Shown piece by piece: positions 56,874 through 64,000 of a stretch of DNA of 64,000 nucleotides; positions within the stretch are counted from its first letter, which is position 1; the number at the start of each line of letters is the position of its first letter. Origin of the DNA: the human T2T-CHM13v2.0 reference genome, Homo sapiens; the NCBI RefSeq assembly GCF_009914755.1, contig NC_060932.1; one strand, 5' to 3'. Position numbers and translations under genes: made by a program. The notes under the pieces are model-generated. The model was not told where the DNA came from. It did not search any database and saw only the letters and a program-made list of their open reading frames with translations.

Positions 56874-56987
56874 TATTTATTTATTTATTTGGAGATGGGG
56901 TCTCATTCCGCACCGCTACAGGCTAGCCTGGAAGACAGAGCAAGACCTTGTCTCTACATAAATAAATAAATAAATAAATAAGTAAAT
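56874..56987. mobile_element. Head-to-head pair of Alu 3' ends forming an imperfect palindrome
   Basis: (TTTA)n-GGAGATGGGGTCTC...CAGGCT|AGCCTG...AGACCTTGTCTC-(TAAA)n. Confidence 0.8.
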
Positions 56988-57129
56988 AGGAAGTCAAATT
57001 TATTGGCTATGGGATATGAGAGAGTGGAGTCCAGGATGACTTCACTTTTCTGGCGTGGAGTATGAGCAGACAAATCATTACCTAGCACGTTGAAATACAT
57101 GGCGGAAGGAGCAGGTTCAGAGGTGAATG

Positions 57130-57850
57130 ACAGAACGTTAATCATCAGTTCACCTCCAAACTCATCCTTGTGAAATCTGAAAACCACTGCTCCCTTTCTG
57201 GAGGGGTCCCCACCAGGCTCTACCAACAGGGGCCGCTAGAGGGTAACGGAAGGCTGGAGGAGGAGAGGACGCACCTTTCCCCTCCAGGGTGCCAGCAATG
57301 GTTCATTCTCCAGGCAGCAGCAGAAGATGCTGAAGTTTCAGCCCCAAGAATCAGCCCCCTGTATCCCTTCAGAAATAGCAGCACCAGCCGGTCAGGGTCC
57401 CTCCTCAGAGGCCTGACTCCCAGCTCTGTGGCTTCTGCTGAGTTTTCACCCCCAGCTGGCTGTGCCCTCTGCAGAGTCTGAGTCTCAGCTCTCCTCAGCT
57501 CTGCTCAAACTTTCTGGGTTCCATTAGCAGCAATCTCTTCCTTCATTCCCCCTGCGGTGCTGCAGTAAATGCTTCCTCTGGTTATCTGAGTGCTTATTCT
57601 CTGCTTTTCCATTCATTCTAATAAATACTACATCTTGACTGGTATAGTTGCTAGTACCCAGGTGGTCTCAGGAAATAGACTTTCCCCAAAGATGGGATTC
57701 TGTGATTGGTTTGCTCGCTTCTCTGGGTCTCCTGGGAAGCATCCATGTGGAGCCACCCAGGAGGAGTCTGGAGTTGGGAAGGGAAGTGCAGCTGGAGATG
57801 AATATCTGTGCACCCTCAGCATATGGGTCATATTAATCCCTCGGGAAGTG
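57130..57850 (+). mobile_element. Old ERVL LTR with start of internal sequence
   Basis: LTR-like body followed by TAGTACCCAGGTGGTCTCAGGAAATAGACTTTCCCCAAAGATGGGATTCTG, resembling the ERVL/ERV3-16A3 internal start. Confidence 0.45.
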
Positions 57851-60800
57851 TAGGAAGTGAGAAGAGAAAGGGCTGAAGGTGGAGCCCTTAGGAACCCCAA
57901 GTTTAGGGGGCAGATAGAAGAACCCATGGTTGGGGGCAGAATACGACACAATGATCTGAAAATCAGGAGAAACACCGTTAAAGCACAATGTTTCCTCCCC
58001 CAAGAGAGGAAAGTTTTGGGAAGGAAGCGGCTTATACAAAAGCTAAGATAATGACTAAAAAGCCGACAGTGGACTCAGCAGTACAGCCACTCACGACGTT
58101 GATGAGGGTCCTTCTAGGGGAGTGGGGGAGACAGAGGTCATGGGAGAAGCATGAGGAATAAATAGAAATAAGCCAAGGTAATCAGACTATCAGCTAGAGG
58201 GCCAGAGAGTGTTTCTATTTTTACATGAGGGAGACTTGAGCCCCTTTATCAGCTGTGAGAAGGCTCCAATAGAAAGTGAGATTGAGGTGCAGAGACGGGA
58301 GGTGGAAAAAATGAGGTGAGCTGGGAGTACACAGAAGGATGAGCCTGCAGAAGACTCATCTTCTCTGAGGCTACTCGTTCAGACAGCAAGTATTTCAGCT
58401 TCTAAGATGTAATGTACACTGTTCTAGATCCTGGGGATAGCAGTAAATAAAAAGAGATAAAAATCAGAGGCTAGAAGTGCGGTATCAAAGAGGGGCTTAG
58501 GGTGTGAAATCTACAGCAAAATTCCATCCGATTTCTTGGGGAGGGAGGCAGTAGGTTTAGGCAGCTGGCTCTGGCTTTATCTACTTTTTCCCTGAAGTGG
58601 CTGGCAGGTTGTATTCTGAACAAGGTAGGGATACTACCCATTCCCTGTGACTTGATGGTTGCTCCCCAAGTCAAGGATGTTTCACTTACCTTGAGGTCAC
58701 CTACCTTAGAAAGAGAAGCAGAGAGTGTAACTTGCTTGCTCCAATCCCCTTGGTATCGCGCGGGGTTCCACAGCCTGTGGAGATGGTGCTGGCTATTCTT
58801 GTGATTTTATAACGCATGCCAGCTTTCTTTCTTCAGATTTCCAGCCATGGGGTCTAGTGGACTCTCCCTCCCACTAGATGCTGTCAATGTAATCCTAACT
58901 GATGGTTGTAAATACTAAGATGACACCCCCAGCCATGTCTTCAAGGAAGGCAACAACTAAAGCATGGATTTAAAGGCCAAAAGGAGTATTAGAAGACTCA
59001 TGCATCACTGGCTGTCAGGATTTCGAGGCTGTATTATTAGAATAACCCTTCACTCCTTCTGTGGCTCCAATCCCTCCCCCTTGCAATCCATTTGCCACAC
59101 GTTCCATGTGCCACGTACAAACCTGGCATGAGAGACTCGGTCCCTGCCCGCCTCTCCAGCAGGCTCCCTCGGGAACACCTGCTACATGGGTATGCTGATT
59201 TCTGGCTGAAGTATTCCTTTCCTTCGTTCTTTGGCCAATTTTTACTCAACCTTTAAAACTTAACCCAAGTGTCACCCTCCCTAGTGATCATAATAATAGA
59301 ACGTATCCCTAATTGATCCTCTCTACTTTAGGCTGGGCACATTGCAAACAAATCTTCAATCCTGGCAACAATTTTGCCTGACAAATATGGAAGCAGGACT
59401 GAATGAAACTTTATCTCTCACCAACCACTTAGAGAAATCTAGCGTTAAATAAAACACGGGTCCTAGCATCAGAATCACTTGGGGACTTGTTAAACTGCAG
59501 ATTCCTGGATCCCACACATGTCCACAGATCACAGATTCCTTGACTGATTTGGTCATGGACTTGTTATATTTGTCAAAGTAGGAAGTTTGGAAATTTTAAC
59601 TCAGGGCCAGAAAGGAAGGGAGTGTTCAAAGCATTATAAAGCCAGCGTTATTTGTTCATAAGAAATAAAATCAAAGCTACAATTTTAACAGGCATAAACG
59701 TTAGTCCCTCAAGTTGTGTGTAAGAAATACCAATTTCTTTATTCTCTTTAAAATCTAAGTTTAAAGCTCATCTCTCTGGGATGACAACAAAGTCCCTCTC
59801 AGTTTTTTCTCCCACCCCATCCCTCAGCCAGCTGAGGTCCATGTGGTACCCAGGAAACAGAACAGCCCCCAATTCCCATGGTGAGTGCTGTCATCCACGT
59901 TGTCCTTAGTTGCAGGAGACCCTTGAAGATTGGTGTCTTCCCCTTCCACAGGTCGTTGAGGCATGGGAATCTTTGCTGAGGCTGAAAATGCCCCTGTCTT
60001 CTGAGATGCTGCCCTTCCCCCAGGGAGCTGCCAGGGCTGGAGGTGCAGGTTCCTGCTGCTTGCATTTCCTCCAATCATGTCCCCTTCCCCAGTCACAGAG
60101 AAGGCTGTATGTTCTCTCTCCTCCATCAAAAGCTCTCCTTTCTCTCCCTTACCTATCCACATATAATCTACATAATGAGCTTAGGCCTCGGAGAAAACAA
60201 AAGTCTGGGACAAAATCCTAGTGGGAGATGTCCAGCGTCCAGAGTTCACCCTTCCCTCCCTCCTCTGGAGATCTGCCAGACACTGAGACCAGAGTGTACT
60301 GTCACGCATCAGCAGACGGGTGGAGGAGAAGAGATGTGGACTACCTCGCAATGCCAGCGACCACAGGCCTTGCAAGACATAAGGAGAAACTGAAAAAAAA
60401 AATTCTTGAAAATGTATGATTTCTATAGAGAAGGGTGACAGATCCCATGATAAAAGAAGAGAAGAAAGAAATAAAGGGTAAGGATTCTGGAACGAGAAAA
60501 GGATGGAGGAATCCATATCATGCAAAGAATGGCTATAAATAACATCAGAAAGCAAACAATCAAGAGAAAACTAAGCAAAACACTTAAGTGCTTGATGGAA
60601 GAAGAAACACAAATAACCCATTAGGATGTAAAAAAAAATACTCAACAGGATAATGCAAATTAACCCCATAGTGGGGTGCTCATGCACATGCACCATACCG
60701 GCCAAAACGTAAAACTCTGGTCATATCAAATGTTGGCAAGAATGCAGAGAAATGAGAATTCTTTTACATTCCTTATAGAAGCAGAAATTGTTACAACTAC

Positions 60801-60853
60801 CTGGAAAACAATTTGACATTCTTTAGGAAATCTGAAGATGTGAATAGGTATAA

Positions 60854-62340
<1,487 letters not shown>

Positions 62341-62344
62341 TTTA

Positions 62345-63960
<1,616 letters not shown>

Positions 63961-64000
63961 CTGCTATTTTAAATGAATATATAAATACCTTTAAATGTTC

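Overview
Primate (almost certainly human) genomic DNA with no protein-coding exon that I can support; all ORF-track entries are explained by Alu/L1/LTR/hAT remnants, microsatellites or GC-rich stop-poor sequence. The main functional landmark is a minus-strand CpG-rich promoter (GC box plus two CCAAT boxes) and an ATG-free first exon at about 8308-8451 ending in AAG|GTACCT. From memory I recognise this as the non-coding exon 1 of ZMAT4 (not verified by search). On that reading 1-8307 is intron 1 and the remaining ~55 kb is upstream intergenic DNA, largely a nested fossil record of transposons (L1, L2, CR1/L3, MIR, Alu, MaLR/ERVL/ERV1 solo LTRs, hAT DNA transposons). I found no convincing new gene system. 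The most unusual structures are: (1) a ~115-bp head-to-head double Alu 3' end with A-tails at both ends and a TSD-like flank, possibly a doubly poly(A)-primed insertion; (2) two independent twin-primed (5'-inverted) L1s of different ages within 3.2 kb that share an AATATTTAC target motif, one missing ~0.8 kb at the inversion; (3) two perfected hairpins inside one MLT1B LTR, suggesting template switching; (4) a candidate distal regulatory module: convergent CTCF motifs around an orphan CpG-rich island, next to two Alu-tail-derived GGAA microsatellites. Repeat subfamily names come from remembered consensus sequences, and boundaries without a TSD are approximate.
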